Shown here in pieces: positions 49,827 through 63,232 of a stretch of 64,000 bases of DNA (positions are counted from its first letter, which is position 1; every line of letters starts with the position of its first letter). Below the pieces are notes generated by a model. It was given only the letters and a program-made list of their open reading frames with translations. It had not been told where the DNA came from and searched no databases. The position numbers were made by a program, and so were the translations under genes. The DNA comes from the human T2T-CHM13v2.0 reference genome, Homo sapiens: the NCBI RefSeq assembly GCF_009914755.1, contig NC_060926.1, one strand, 5' to 3'.

Positions 49827-50920
49827 TTAATCAGCTATAATTATACCATTTGATATATTCTCATTATAATATTTTGGTATTTTTGGTCCAATATACATGC
49901 AGTCACTGTCTTCATTCTGTCTGTTCTTACCCAAGAACTGCCTTATATGTGGCATGATAATTTCATTTATGTTACAGCAGCAATGCTCACTTAGCTTGAA
50001 GGCATTATGGTTATCATAGCAAATCAGTTTAGTTAAGGTTAGTACTATTCAGATTTGTGACTGGAACTTTGTTTTTTTTGGAACATAGGCTAGAACCTAG
50101 AGGGAACCATTTATGTGAAATAAGCTGACCTAACCAGAGATTCAGAGGCCATGTATAAAGTATCACTGAGTGGTAGGTGGCCTTCTGCCAATACTTAGGG
50201 CAGCCTCTGGTCAGCAGTGGCCATAATTATGCTGCTTTCTTGGTTTGTCCTGGTTTGTTTTGGGGGGCACCACTCAGGAGCAGAGTAAAGAATACACCCG
50301 TGGTCTCCCTCCCCGACTCCAAGCACTGGCTTTCTTCTGAATGTCAAGCTTTTCTTTTTGCCCTTAGGCTTTCGATTTAACTACAGGTGTCTCTTTTGTA
50401 GCTCCTTGTATAGTGACTGTGATCCCACATTTATTCTTGATCTGTGTACTTTTGGTCACTTGTCCTCAAGCTATGCTTGCCACTATCCTTATTTCTGAAG
50501 ATTGTATCATGACCTCTGAACTAATTAAAACACAGCTTCAATGTCCCTGCCACATCAGGGTTACTGAGTATGGAGACTTTCCAGCGGTGTGGACTTGACC
50601 TTCTCTTTGATATTACCTGCCTTCTTCATGTCTTATTTCTAAATTGAATATATGGTATTGTATAAATTTATTTAGAGTACCATTAGGAATAATTCTGGGT
50701 ATAAGACTGGACTGAGCTTTGGAGAACATGATTTTTTTCCTAGTCTAGGGTTTTGGCAAAATATGTTACAGCCCATCAGAATAATTCAGTAAAGCAAGTT
50801 ACTGGCTCAGTTGGAAAAAAAAAAGAGATCACATAAAGTGATGAAGAATTTCTGGACTGCTTCTTATATAAACTTAAGACTTCAGCTCTTTTTTCTACAG
50901 TAGAACATTCTCTTGGCTCT

Positions 50921-51238
50921 TAATTTTATTTTTTATTTAATTTTATTTTTTTGAGACAGAGTTTCACTCTTGTCACCCAGGCTGGAGTGCAATGGTATGA
51001 TCATGATCTCAGCTCACTGCAACCTCTGCCTCCCCTGTTCAAGTGATTCCCTGCGTCAGCCTCCTGAGTAGTGGGATTACAGGTGTGCAGCACTGCACCT
51101 GGCTAATTTTGTATTTTTAGTAGAGGCAGGGTTTCACCATGTTGGCCAGGTTGGTCTCGAACTCCTGACCTCAGGTGATCCGCCTGCCTCAGCCTCCCAA
51201 AATGCTGAGATTGCAGGCGTGAGCCATCATGCCCGGTC
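50921..51238 (-). mobile_element. Alu
   Basis: Antisense dimeric Alu; ctcttaatttt on both flanks. Confidence 0.92.
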
Positions 51239-53438
51239 AACTCTTAATTTTAAAACTATGTATAGATTATCCACTTTCAATTACGACATTGAATTCTCTG
51301 TGGCGAATTATGTATACACGAACTCAGCCTATTCTGCAGGGTTTTCCCACCCCCAACCCACGAAGAAACTAAGCCTATCTTTGAGGGTCATCTGATCCCA
51401 ACAGTGTCTGCACATGTGAATCATGTTATCTTTCTAACACCACACAGAAAGTATTTTTTTACATTGTTCTATCTTCGATTTCTTGGGTGTTGCTTTTCTC
51501 CCTTAGGTGGGGGAGTTCACTGTAAACTGTTCAATTTGGTGTTGATTTATGTAGTTTTATAGATTTCTGTTTTCCTAGATTTGGAAGTTTTCAGAAGTGG
51601 AGGGTGACATATGACACCTTTGCAGCTGGGCATGTGTTAAAAGCCCTTGTGGGTGATCGTGATGACATACACACATGTTGGGGCTGAGCTGGGAGCAGGC
51701 CAAATCACCCCATTACAGACGAGATGCCATTCTGGTTTCTTTTCAAAGCTGGACTTTTTCTTTTTTTGTAATGCTGCCTCTGCCTTTTTGATGCCCACAA
51801 ACACCCATTGGCAACGCTCCCATCACTCTCTAGTCTAGGGAGTGTATGGGAGAAGCGATTTAATACTAACTACATCCTATAAGTATCTGACAGAAGACCC
51901 TGGAGTTAATTTCCATCATCTGATTCATGAACTGTTTTTGCCCTGGCTCCATCCCCAGGCCAGCACAGTGACATGAAGAATAGGTTTGGGGTGATGGGGA
52001 GATTTTCTCTTTTTGATAAAACTTTTCATTTTCCCCTTTTTCATTGAAATGATCTTAAAGCCAAGGCAAGCGATGCTACCAACGTCAGCTCATTGTTATT
52101 TTAATGAGTCTGCATTAAACCGTGCAGGAAGTTAGAAGGCCTAGGTAATTGAACTGTGGAAAATTATAGCTGGAGACATTCATAGCTCTCCCATCATAAT
52201 GGAATTAGATATTGGCGATTGCTGTGAGGGCACAAATGCGTTTAGATAATTGTGTATATTGTATATTTATAAAGAATGATTTTTCTTTTCACTGTTGCAC
52301 CTTTATTTATTTATTTTTATGAGGCAGTGTATCCATCTGTAAACCTAATTTATTCTCCTAGGTGATTTATTACATGCAATTGCCTTGTATTACTGTCATT
52401 AACTCAAGGTTACAGTGGTTAACAAGCTGTTTCTAGACAACTGAGCTCCATGGTAGGGTCCGTTCCCAGAGCTGAAGTGAATTTTACGTCCAGTAATTTG
52501 TAGTGATTCTGTGTTCTAATACAGTAGGAAGTGTCTCTTTTTTTTTTTCTCACCCTCTTTCCCATCTTAATAATAGGAGGTGGGATCTTTGGGTCTGATG
52601 CCCATGGGTCAGGTTGGTGTCTGGGTAGTGAGGAACTTGGAATCTGTCATTGCTGTTGACCAACTATTTTTTCCCATCTTGCCCATGCTAAGCAGGCTGC
52701 TGCACATCTGGGCTGAGTTTAGGGAAAATGGAACCAGGTATCACCTATTAAGGTTCTTATTGTTAATAACTGCAAAATGAGCCTGAGTCAGGATCTGTAG
52801 GCTTGAAGCATTGTGAAGCTGAGTTAGTAAAGGCCTTATTTTCCTTTAAAGAAAGTCACATGGAGACATATACATTGGCAACCCCTGACACTTCCTCTTG
52901 GGAATGGGAGAGGGCTGATTGTAATTGTCATTATCTGAGTTCAACTTGCATGTCACAGATCCACTCTGGAGGAAGTTCAGACCTGCCACTGTCTTCTCCC
53001 ACTTCCTGTCCAATGCTGGATTCTTTGAGTTTACTCTGTGTTCTCCAGGATACTAATTAGCTTCCTTGTGAATTTTTTGCAGCATACGGTGAACATTTAT
53101 TGGTTACTTGGCGTCAGGCATATGCTACAGAAAATAAAGGTGAATACAGCCCAGTCCTTGATCTCAAGAGGCTTGCAGTCTAACAAGGGAGACAGAAAAG
53201 TTATAATTCAATGTAATATGTTAAGTACTAGGATAGAGCTCAGCAGAGGGCAGGCAGGGAGGATTTAAAGAAAAGGAGATGCCATCTAACTGCTTGCATT
53301 GGCAATACCATTAGGTTCTCGCGACACGCACGCGGTCTTTTTCTGGGGGCATCCAGCTCCTCCCTCACTGGGGCATTTTGAACATTTCCTGTGTGCTCCT
53401 CCCTGTGTTCAGAGCACCTTTGGCTGTTTGTCTTTTAG

Positions 53439-53750
<312 letters not shown>

Positions 53751-55080
53751 TGAAAATGGTCATCTTACCCTTTAAATCTAGTTTTAATGGTTATGGTTAT
53801 CCGAAGTCATCGTTTTCCAGTAAGGGGACTAGTGGCTGATGTGTAGGTATGTGGAGCTCTGAGAGCCGGCTGCCCTCTTGCCCAGGGTCACAGCTCTGCA
53901 TGAGGCACAGTGCTGGAGCTATAAAAGGAAAGTCCTTGTCAAGTGCTGGCCCTAGAGAAGATGCTGGCACTGAGGTGAGCTAGGAGTGAGGCTGAGGCCC
54001 CAGGCAGAGGGAAGAAGTAGGTGAGGGGGTAAGGGCTTCCTCCTGGCATGGGAGGAATATGAAGTAAAGGTGGGAAATTCCTCCCTGTGCAAAAAAAAAG
54101 AAAAAAAAAGATAAAGGTAGATTGAGGAGCCTGATCCCAAACTGCCTTGGGTGGGCTCTGTGAGTGCAGTGCCAATGGCGCAGGCACCTCAGGACCTACA
54201 GTCGGCACTCCAGAAATGCTCTCCCAAAATGGCAGGGAAGCCCTGTAAACACCAATGCATTGCCATGGAACCCTTGTTTTTAAAACCACATTAATTCAGA
54301 CCTTAGGGATTCTTGTTTTGTGATCAAGTCACAAAGGTACTGGCACTTTGGAGAAATAGCTGCAACTTACCCTACAAGCCATCTATGAGGGAAAAGCCTT
54401 GCTGTGCAAGTACATGATATAAATAAGAGTGTCTGCCTTATTTTTTAAATTTTTAAAAGAAGAAAAAAAGTTTTCAAGTACTTTAAAAATATCCACTTAC
54501 ATTCAAACGAAGTACTTATAATGGAAATTGTAGTCCTTAGCATAGTTAATTGCAAACCATTTTTAGCTGGTTATTGAGGCAGGAAATTTCCCAATTATTA
54601 AATGTATTTAAAAGCCGTACACTTCTTTAATCATATATTTAGTTCATTTTCCCTGTAGATCAATCCAGATTAGACTGATGCTATATAGTTTTCATGGTCC
54701 CTCAAAACTCTTCATGTATGATTTGGATTTCTGTCCTATTCGCAAACAGTCCACTTTCTAAAAAGGATCTTCTCTTTCTTGACTATATGGGCCCATGGCA
54801 TAATAATGTTCAGCTAGTGATGAAAGGGGCTAAAGATAAAATTGATTGCCTTTCTTCCCCAAACTGTCCCTTCCTATGTTCCCCATCTTAGGCCAGCATC
54901 TCAGTAGTTTCTCCTGCCAGAAACTAAGGCATTATCTTTGAATTCTCCTTTTCCTGCCTTCTTGATACACCTCCCCAATACAACAAAGAATGCCTTCCTC
55001 ATCTTCACATCTTTCTTTCCACCTAACCCAGTGCCTGATATGTGGTAATTTTTCAATTAAAGCTTGTTGGATTGTGACTA

Positions 55081-55278
<198 letters not shown>

Positions 55279-55358
55279 TTACTTGGTATTTTGGTGTTAC
55301 TAAGTTTTAACCTACAAGGTTAAGAGCTAACAATATTAGAACATAGGAGCATGCTATC

Positions 55359-55722
55359 TGTCTTAGTCTGTTTTCTGTTGCTGTAACTAAATACCACAGA
55401 CTAAGTAACTTACAAAGAATAGAGGTTTATTTAGCTCGTGGTTCTGGAGACTGGGAAGTTCAAGAGCATGGCACTGGCATCTAGTGAGGGCCTTCTTGCT
55501 CTTCATAACATGGCAGAAGGCATCATATGGAGAAGAGGGCAAGAGCATATGTGTCAGCTCAGGTCTCTGGTCCTTTTCTTATAAAGCTACCAGTCCCAAC
55601 ATGGGGGACCCACCATGATGACCTTATCTACCTCCCAAAGGCCCCACCTTCAATCAACATAATGAATTTGGGGATTACTTTTCTAATGTGTGAAATTTGG
55701 GGGACACATTTAAGCCATAGCA
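55359..55722 (-). mobile_element. MST-type MaLR solo LTR
   Basis: tgtcttagtctg...ggacacatttaagccatagca termini; near-TSD ctatc/atatc. Confidence 0.8.
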
Positions 55723-56195
55723 ATATCCAAATTAATTATGATATCCACTTGTTCTCAGCATGGTTTTTATTTAATACAATCCATAAGCCAGGGCTGCCTT
55801 TTTTTTTTCTTTTTCTTTTTCTTTTTGCCAGCTTCATGCATTAAGAAACCACTGAAAAGAGAACCTCATGCTGAGCTCATTTGCAAACCACTAACTATCT
55901 GAAGGCATTTGCTGAGAACTTCCAGTTGATTTCAGAGTATTTTTTAAAAAGAAGAAACAGCTTTACAACATTTTATTCCTCCACCTTTGACCATCTCTTC
56001 CTTCTCTCAATTTAGCAAAGGTTTATGAGACACCTATTCTGTCTCCACTATTATGCTAGGCTCTCTAGCCCTCTATAATGGGAAAACCTAGCCCCTACCC
56101 TCAGGTAGCTAGCTCATCAGCCAGGAGGGGAGATGAGCTCCTTAAAAGACAAAGTAGCAGGCACACTGGCTCCCTGATTTTCTACTAGACTGTAG

Positions 56196-56563
<368 letters not shown>

Positions 56564-57259
56564 AGTAATGGCTTCTCTAGCTGTGTGATGGGGAATGAAC
56601 ATTTGAGATCACTGCCTCCCGTGAGCTCCTCAACGAGGGAGCCATGTTTATGAAGGACTGCCTAGGCCCTTAGCCAGACTGCCAGAAGCCTATGTGGTGG
56701 GCTCCTCCTGCCAACCCCAGCTGCCATCTACAACAACACTGCAGTTACTTTTATTATATTGTACTTGTTTGTGCTGGTGTAATCCATACTGCAGAACAAC
56801 AGTTTTTAAAATCCCTGTAAGTCTCATCAAATAAAGATGTTACTGACATTATTTTATTACATTGTGCAACAGACTCTGTAGGATAAGCCATAGGGAAGAT
56901 TTAGTATTTAGTGTACAGGAATAGTCTGACAAGCCAAGTTTTTTGTTTGTTTTTTAATAAAATGGACACCCAATTGCTTGACTTCTGGCATTTGCTGCTG
57001 GAAAAGAAAGCTCACTGCCAAATTGTAGAATGCCATGATAGGTGTTTTTTATTCATCTCATTCCTGACTTTTTTCTCTCTTTTCCTTTCCATTTCTCATT
57101 TGTTTTATTGGGGGTTTATTTGTCCCTGTAAGTCACTTGAAGTTTTCTGAGCTAAGCCAGGGGTGGTTGTGAGAAGAGGGACCTCCCGGGATCCCAAGTC
57201 CCTGTTGGACTGGGCCTGAAAGGAGCCTCATGGGGCTGTCGCTGTCTTGTTCTCTGCAG

Positions 57260-57478
57260 ATGCCTTGGGGGTGGGACTACTCAGGTTCCTCCAACCTGGG
57301 AGAGCTGAAGCTCCTGCTGGAGGAAGCAGTCATGCTGCGGCGCCTCAAGTCCGACGTCCTTTCCCAGCTGCCTGCCAAGCAGCGCAAGATAGTGGTGATT
57401 GCCCCAGGACGGATCAATGCCAGGACCAGAGCTGCCCTGGATGCTGCAGCCAAGGAAATGACCACCAAGGACAAAACT
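57260..57478 (+). CDS. SMARCAL1: SMARCAL1 exon 12 ([12 protein letters not shown]...MLRRLK...KDKT)
   Basis: ctgcag|ATG...ACT|gtgagt; 219 nt; contains the SNF2 RRLK motif. Confidence 0.97.
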
Positions 57479-57959
57479 GTGAGTCCAGGGCTGGAGACAG
57501 ATTTGGAAGCAGACATGTCTAGGTGTTCCTTTCCATGAGAGGCCCTTGAAAATGACCTGGCATTCTCTCAGCTTTCCTTTCTGTAACCTTTTCCCTCTTC
57601 CCTAGGCAAGAACAGCAAGTCCATTTCATTCCTCAGCCTACCTAGTCAGTTTTGAAAAATCTCATATTAAGTTGTGGTTTTATACTTGTATAGATCGCTG
57701 TTGATGGATGGCCATAAAGATAAGCACAGGCAACAGCAGGGTGGTGATCAATATTCCGAATCCCTCAAAGAATGTGGAAATTATGTCTACTATATTTTGA
57801 GAATGCATCAGTCTAGTAACAGTTGTTAGAAAATTAGTCCTAACATGTTTGATACATATGTTAATCCTTTAACCATACTGTGTCATTTGTGTTAGTCAAA
57901 ATAACAAGCCGACATTCTTATAACAAAATAGAGTTTTCAAATCCTCCTAACCTTTTAAA

Positions 57960-58110
57960 TCCCTATTACAGGCATTTATGGTTGGCAGGAAGTTGGCATC
58001 CCCCTTTTTACAGAGAGGGAAACTGAGGCTCACAGAGATTGCAGTTTGCCCAGGGTCTCTTAGCTGCTCCACCACAGAGCTGAGGCTAGAACCAAGCCTC
58101 TTGCCCCTAT
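57960..58110 (-). mobile_element. MIR SINE
   Basis: ttttacagagagggaaactgaggctcacagag MIR core. Confidence 0.6.
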
Positions 58111-60779
58111 ATTTTAGGACTGTTTTCACTATGATGGTTTTATCTTTTCAAACACTTTTATTTCTGTCTTTAGTGTCATACTGTGCTAAGTGCTATAATC
58201 TACACCAGCTCTGTTTCTGTCCTCTTAGATAAAACCTTGTAATTCCCATTACTAAGAAAATAACAGTCATTGATATTTTTCAACATCATGAAGCATTATC
58301 TGGGCTTGATATTACCCTGTATAAAGATATTTAGATGTAGATCTCAGCCTTCTGGGAGGTTACAAAATAAATAAGAATGACAAGAGACAGAATGCATGTT
58401 TTTCATGTTATTTTACCATGTGATGAGCAAGATTCATTGATAACTTTTAAGAAATGACAGGATAGAGGATGCACTGGCAAATTTTCAAGCTGTATTGAAT
58501 TTATGCTGTATTACATATAATAATCTGGATGGTCTGGAGTAAGTGAGCAGGCATCATCTCTTTATTGTGGAGTTTTCAAACTTAAACAACATCGATGTAG
58601 ACATATAGACCAGTGTTCTCAGATTATATTTCAGTGGAATCATGAGTAAAACCAGGAAGCTTTGTCACTAAAATCAATCTTGGTGGTCTTTTGTTTATTT
58701 TTAGAGATAAAAATGCAATGAGTAGATTATTTTTTCTCAATTTGAAGTTTTTTCTTATAACTTTTTCTTAATAACTTTCGTCTACTGGTGAACTCTACCA
58801 GACAAGAAAACCAGTGAACTGGTATAGCAAATATAATATTAATGGAAAAATTCAGACATGCAATATTTTTAGATGCAAAGAGCTGAATATTTATAAAATG
58901 TTATTTTTTTTTGCCAGCAAAGTTGTTCCTTGTGTGTGTGAGATGGAAGTAAGTCTGTTAGTGTTTCGTGAGATTCCCCAGAGAACACCCTCACCAATAC
59001 CTGGTTCACCTCCTGAACCAGTTTGAGAACAGCCAAGGTAGACACCTGAAAAAGCAATTAGTGGGCATTTGAATTAAGGAGGAAAAGCACATTAACTTGT
59101 TGAAACACAACTGTGAATTGTGTAGTATGGCCAAAAAGAAAAAAAGAAAAGCAGTAGAAATTTTGTGCTTAGTGCAACAAGATCTGAAAGCATTTTGTAA
59201 ACTTCTGCCAACTTGTATAGTTCTTCAAGTAAAGGGAGTGGCTCTTTTCAAAGATGATTTCAGATGTCACCTGAGAGTTTGATTTCTGAGCTTGTTGGTG
59301 ATGCTATGAAATTAACTAGGAGGTACTATGGAATTTAGGAATGTTGGGTGTTTTATAACTTTAGGTAGCTATACAAATCCAGTATTTTTGAGGATATTTT
59401 TATATTTTCTTGCTTAGAAACGGAGCCACAACTCCCTTTTGGTTGTGGAAAAGTACATAAGGATAGTGCCAGTTGCCCAGAATCCTGCCTACTGGGTGAT
59501 TATCCTCTTTGCTTTGTAAACACCACAGTGTTAACTCCATTTTGCAGATGATGAAAATGAAGCCTAAATTGCAGTGTCATTCTTCAAGAATCCAGCTGAG
59601 AAAGAGCCCGGAGCTCTTCTCAGTCCAGCACCTGAGAGTTGCTGTCTGCTTCCTTGGAGTCTTAGGAAAGTTAAACGTTTATCCCTGAAAGATAGAGATT
59701 GAGTTGGTACAGATTACCATCAGTGTGATGGCTGAAGCCAGACACTAAATTCTTTCAGATAATAATTCCTTAAGAACTTGATGCCTTTTTGTGTCTTAAT
59801 AGAAATCAATTTTTATAATGGAAAATCCAAGTAGAAAACAGATTTGTGTGTTTGTGCTTTGGGCCATCAGAACCTTTGGATTTCTAAAGCCATTGATTTA
59901 GTGCATTTCTAAACCATGGATCTGATCAGGATCATTGCTCTAACTTAATTCAGGAAGGGAGCCAGCATCAGCTGGAGGCTGGACTAGATGACCATAGGCA
60001 TGTCTTCCAGACCCTGGCCAGCTATGAAATCCTGAGTTGGAAGGGTTAAAATGGGGACTTATTTTTTTTATGGTTTTAGTTGAATAAGGAGGCCCTGTGG
60101 ATCTATAGAAAGTCCCCTCTCTCCACTGCCACCAGTTTTTTAAGTTACTTTTTAGTCCCAAGTTTCCTTGCAATTTTGCAAATCATGGTGACTCCAGCCA
60201 AGCACTGCTGACCTGCCTGTCAAGAATTGATTCTTTGTTCCTTCACACCTTTCCATCTGGAAGAATACATTTCTTAAAAAGCTTTATATCACAGGAGCCA
60301 AGGTGAAGGAGCCAATTTATAGAATGTAATGTATAATCAAAGACTTTTCTCATTTTTTCAGCTGAAATAATGGATATCGCTTCACAGGCAAAGGAAAGCT
60401 GACTGTAATCATCTTTTGTCTAAAGCCATTTTTTCATCCTCAAGACCAGTAACAGAGAAATGGAACAAGTCCATACAGATTTCCTGGTAACAATGTCAGT
60501 TCACCCTTGCCATTTGACAATCCACTCAAATTTCCAATGTAGAAAAATTTAAAAACTCCATTGGATCTAATTTAATTAAGGTCTAGTCAGGAACAAAGAA
60601 TGCAGGTTATTTAAAATTTCCTGGCCAGTAGCTGGCAAAAGAAGTAAGATCATTAATAGAGAGTATTAGGTCTGCACAGTTTGGGGGAGTTTTTTTAAAG
60701 CTGAAACTATTGATTTCTCCCACATTAAAATAGATATCTATTGTATAAAATCTGAAAAATAAAGAAAAATACTTACAAT

Positions 60780-61100
60780 CAGTAACATTTATTGAATACT
60801 TGCTCTGTGCTGGGCATGGTGCTTTACGTGTATTGCGTCATTAAATTCTCACCATCAGCCCAGATATTTGAGCCTCAGAGCCTGCACTTTTAAGTGCTAC
60901 AAATTCTGGTTCTACCGTTTAGTAGCAGTGTGACAAGTATACTCATTTGACTTTTTTTGCCTCAGTTTCCTAATCTGCACAGTGGTAAAGTAGTGCCTCC
61001 CTCATAGCAATGCTGATTATTAAATGAGTTAATGCATATTTAGTTCTTAGAACACTGCTTGGCCCGTAATAAGTGGTATATGAGAGTTAGTTGTTATTTT
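60780..61100. mobile_element. MIR fragments
   Basis: catttattgaatactt...; tgcctcagtttcctaatctg...taaatgagttaat. Confidence 0.55.
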
Positions 61101-61123
61101 TATTACTATACTATAAAAAAGAA

Positions 61124-61582
61124 TCATCTTGGGGCGGTTCCAAGATGGCCGAATAGGAACAGCTCCAGTCTACAGCTCCCAGCGTGAGCGACACAGAAGA
61201 TGGGTGATTTCTGCATTTCCAACTGAGGTACTGGGTTCATCTCACTGGGGCTTGTTGGACAGTGTTTGCAGGACAGTGGGTGCAGCACACCGAGCGTGAG
61301 CGGAAGCAGGGCGAGGCATCGCCTCACCCAGGAAGCGCAAGGGGTCAGGGAATTCCTTTTGCTAGCCAAGCAAAGCTGTGACAGATGGCACCTGGAAAAT
61401 CGGGTCACTCCCACCCTAATACTGCGCTTTTCCAATGGTCTTAGCAAACTGCACACCAGGAGATTGTATCCCGTGCCTGGCTCGCATGGTCCCACGCCCA
61501 CGGAGGCTCGCTCATTGCTAGCACAGCAGTCTGAGATCGAACTGCAAGGCAGCAGCGAGGCTGGGGGAGGGGTGCCCGCCAT
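61124..61582 (-). CDS. L1 antisense ORF0 homologue, open and C-terminally extended (152 aa); expression unproven
   Basis: gcaATGG start; MAGTPPPASLLPCSSISDCCASN...IRVGVTRFSRC resembles primate L1 ORF0; no stop until just outside the L1 5' end. Confidence 0.45.
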   Translation of the reverse strand: MAGTPPPASLLPCSSISDCCASNERASVGVGPCEPGTGYNLLVCSLLRPLEKRSIRVGVTRFSRCHLSQLCLASKRNSLTPCASWVRRCLALLPLTLGVLHPLSCKHCPTSPSEMNPVPQLEMQKSPIFCVAHAGSCRLELFLFGHLGTAPR

Positions 61583-62157
61583 TGCTGAGGCTTGAGTAGG
61601 TAAACAAAGCAGCTGGGAAGCTCGAACTGGGTGGAGCCCACCGCAGCTCAAGGAGGCCTGCCTGCCTCTGTAGACTCCACCTCTGGAGGCAGGGCATAGC
61701 CAAACAAAAGGCAGCAGAAACCTCTGCAGACTTAAATGTCCCTGTCTGACAGCTTTGAAGAGAGTAGTGGTTCTTCCAGCATGGAGTTTGAGATCTGAGA
61801 ACGGATAGACTGCCTCCTCAAGTGGGTCCCTGACCCCTGAGTTGCCTAACTGGGACACACCCCTGAGTAGGGGCAGACTGACACCTCACACGGCCAGGTA
61901 CCCCTCTGAAATGAAACTTCCAGAAGAACGATCAGGCAGCAACATCTGCTCTTCAGCAATATTCGTTGTTCTGCAGCCTCCGCTGCTGATACCGAGCCAA
62001 ACAGGGTCTGGAGTGGTCCTCCAGCAAACTCCAACAGACCTGCAGCTGAGAGTCCTGACTGTTAGAAGGAAAACTAACAAACAGAAAGGACGTGCACACC
62101 AAAACCCCATCTGTACGTCACCATCATCAAAGAGCAAAGGTAGATAAAACCACAAAG

Positions 62158-63169
62158 ATGGGGAAAAAACAGAGCAGAAAAACTGAAAATTCTAAAAATC
62201 AGAGTGCCTCTCCTCCTCCAAAGGAATGCAGCTCCTCACCAGCAATGGAACAAAGCTGGACGGAGAATGACTTTGACGAGTTGAGAGAAGAAGGCTTCAG
62301 ATGATCAGATTTCTCTGAGCTAAAGGAGGAAGTTTGAACCCATCGCAAAGAAGTTAAAAACCTTGAAAAAAGATTAGACGAATGGCTAACTAGAATAACC
62401 AATGCAGAGAAGTCCTTAAAGGACCTGATGGAGCTTAAAACCATGGCACGAGAACTACGTGACGAATGCATAAGCTTCAGTAGCCGATTTGATCAACTGG
62501 AAGAAAGGGTATCAGTGATTGAAGATCAAATGAATGAAATGAAGCAAGAAGAGAAGTTTAGAGAAAAAAGAATAAAAAGAACAAAGCCTCCAAGAAATAT
62601 GGGACTATGTGAAAAGACCAAATCTACATCTGATTGGTGTACCTGAAAGTGACGGGGAGAATGGAACCAAGTTGGAAAACACTCTGCAGGATATTATCCA
62701 GGAGAACTTCCCCAACCTAGCAAGGCAGGCCAACATTCAAATTCAGTAAATACAGAGAACGCCACAAAGATACTCCTTGAGAAGAGCAACTCCAAGACAC
62801 ATAATTGTCAGATTCACCAAAGTTGAAATGAAGGAAAAAATGTTAAAGGCAGCCAGAGAGAAAGGTTGGGTTACCCACAAAGGGAAGCCCATCAGACTAA
62901 CAGTTGATCTCTCGGCAGAAACTCTACAAGCCAGAAGAGAGTGGGGGCCAATATTCAACATTCTTAAAGAAAAGAATTTTCAACCCAGAATTTCATATCC
63001 AGCCAAACTAAGCTTCATAAGTGAAGGAGAAATAAAATCCTTTACAGACAAGCAAATGCTGAGAGATTTTGTCACCACCAGGCCTGCCCTACAAGGGCTC
63101 CTGAAGGAAGCACTAAACATGGAAAGGAACAACCAGTATCAGCCACTGCAAAAACATGCCAAATTGTAA
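62158..63169 (+). pseudogene. L1 ORF1p, disabled
   Basis: MGKKQSRK...QKHAKL; premature TGA at 62302-62304, further stops, and a frameshift near 62580. Confidence 0.93.
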
Positions 63170-63232
63170 AGACCATCAATGCTAGGAAGAAACTGCATCA
63201 ACTAACGAGCAAAATAACCAGCTAACATCATA

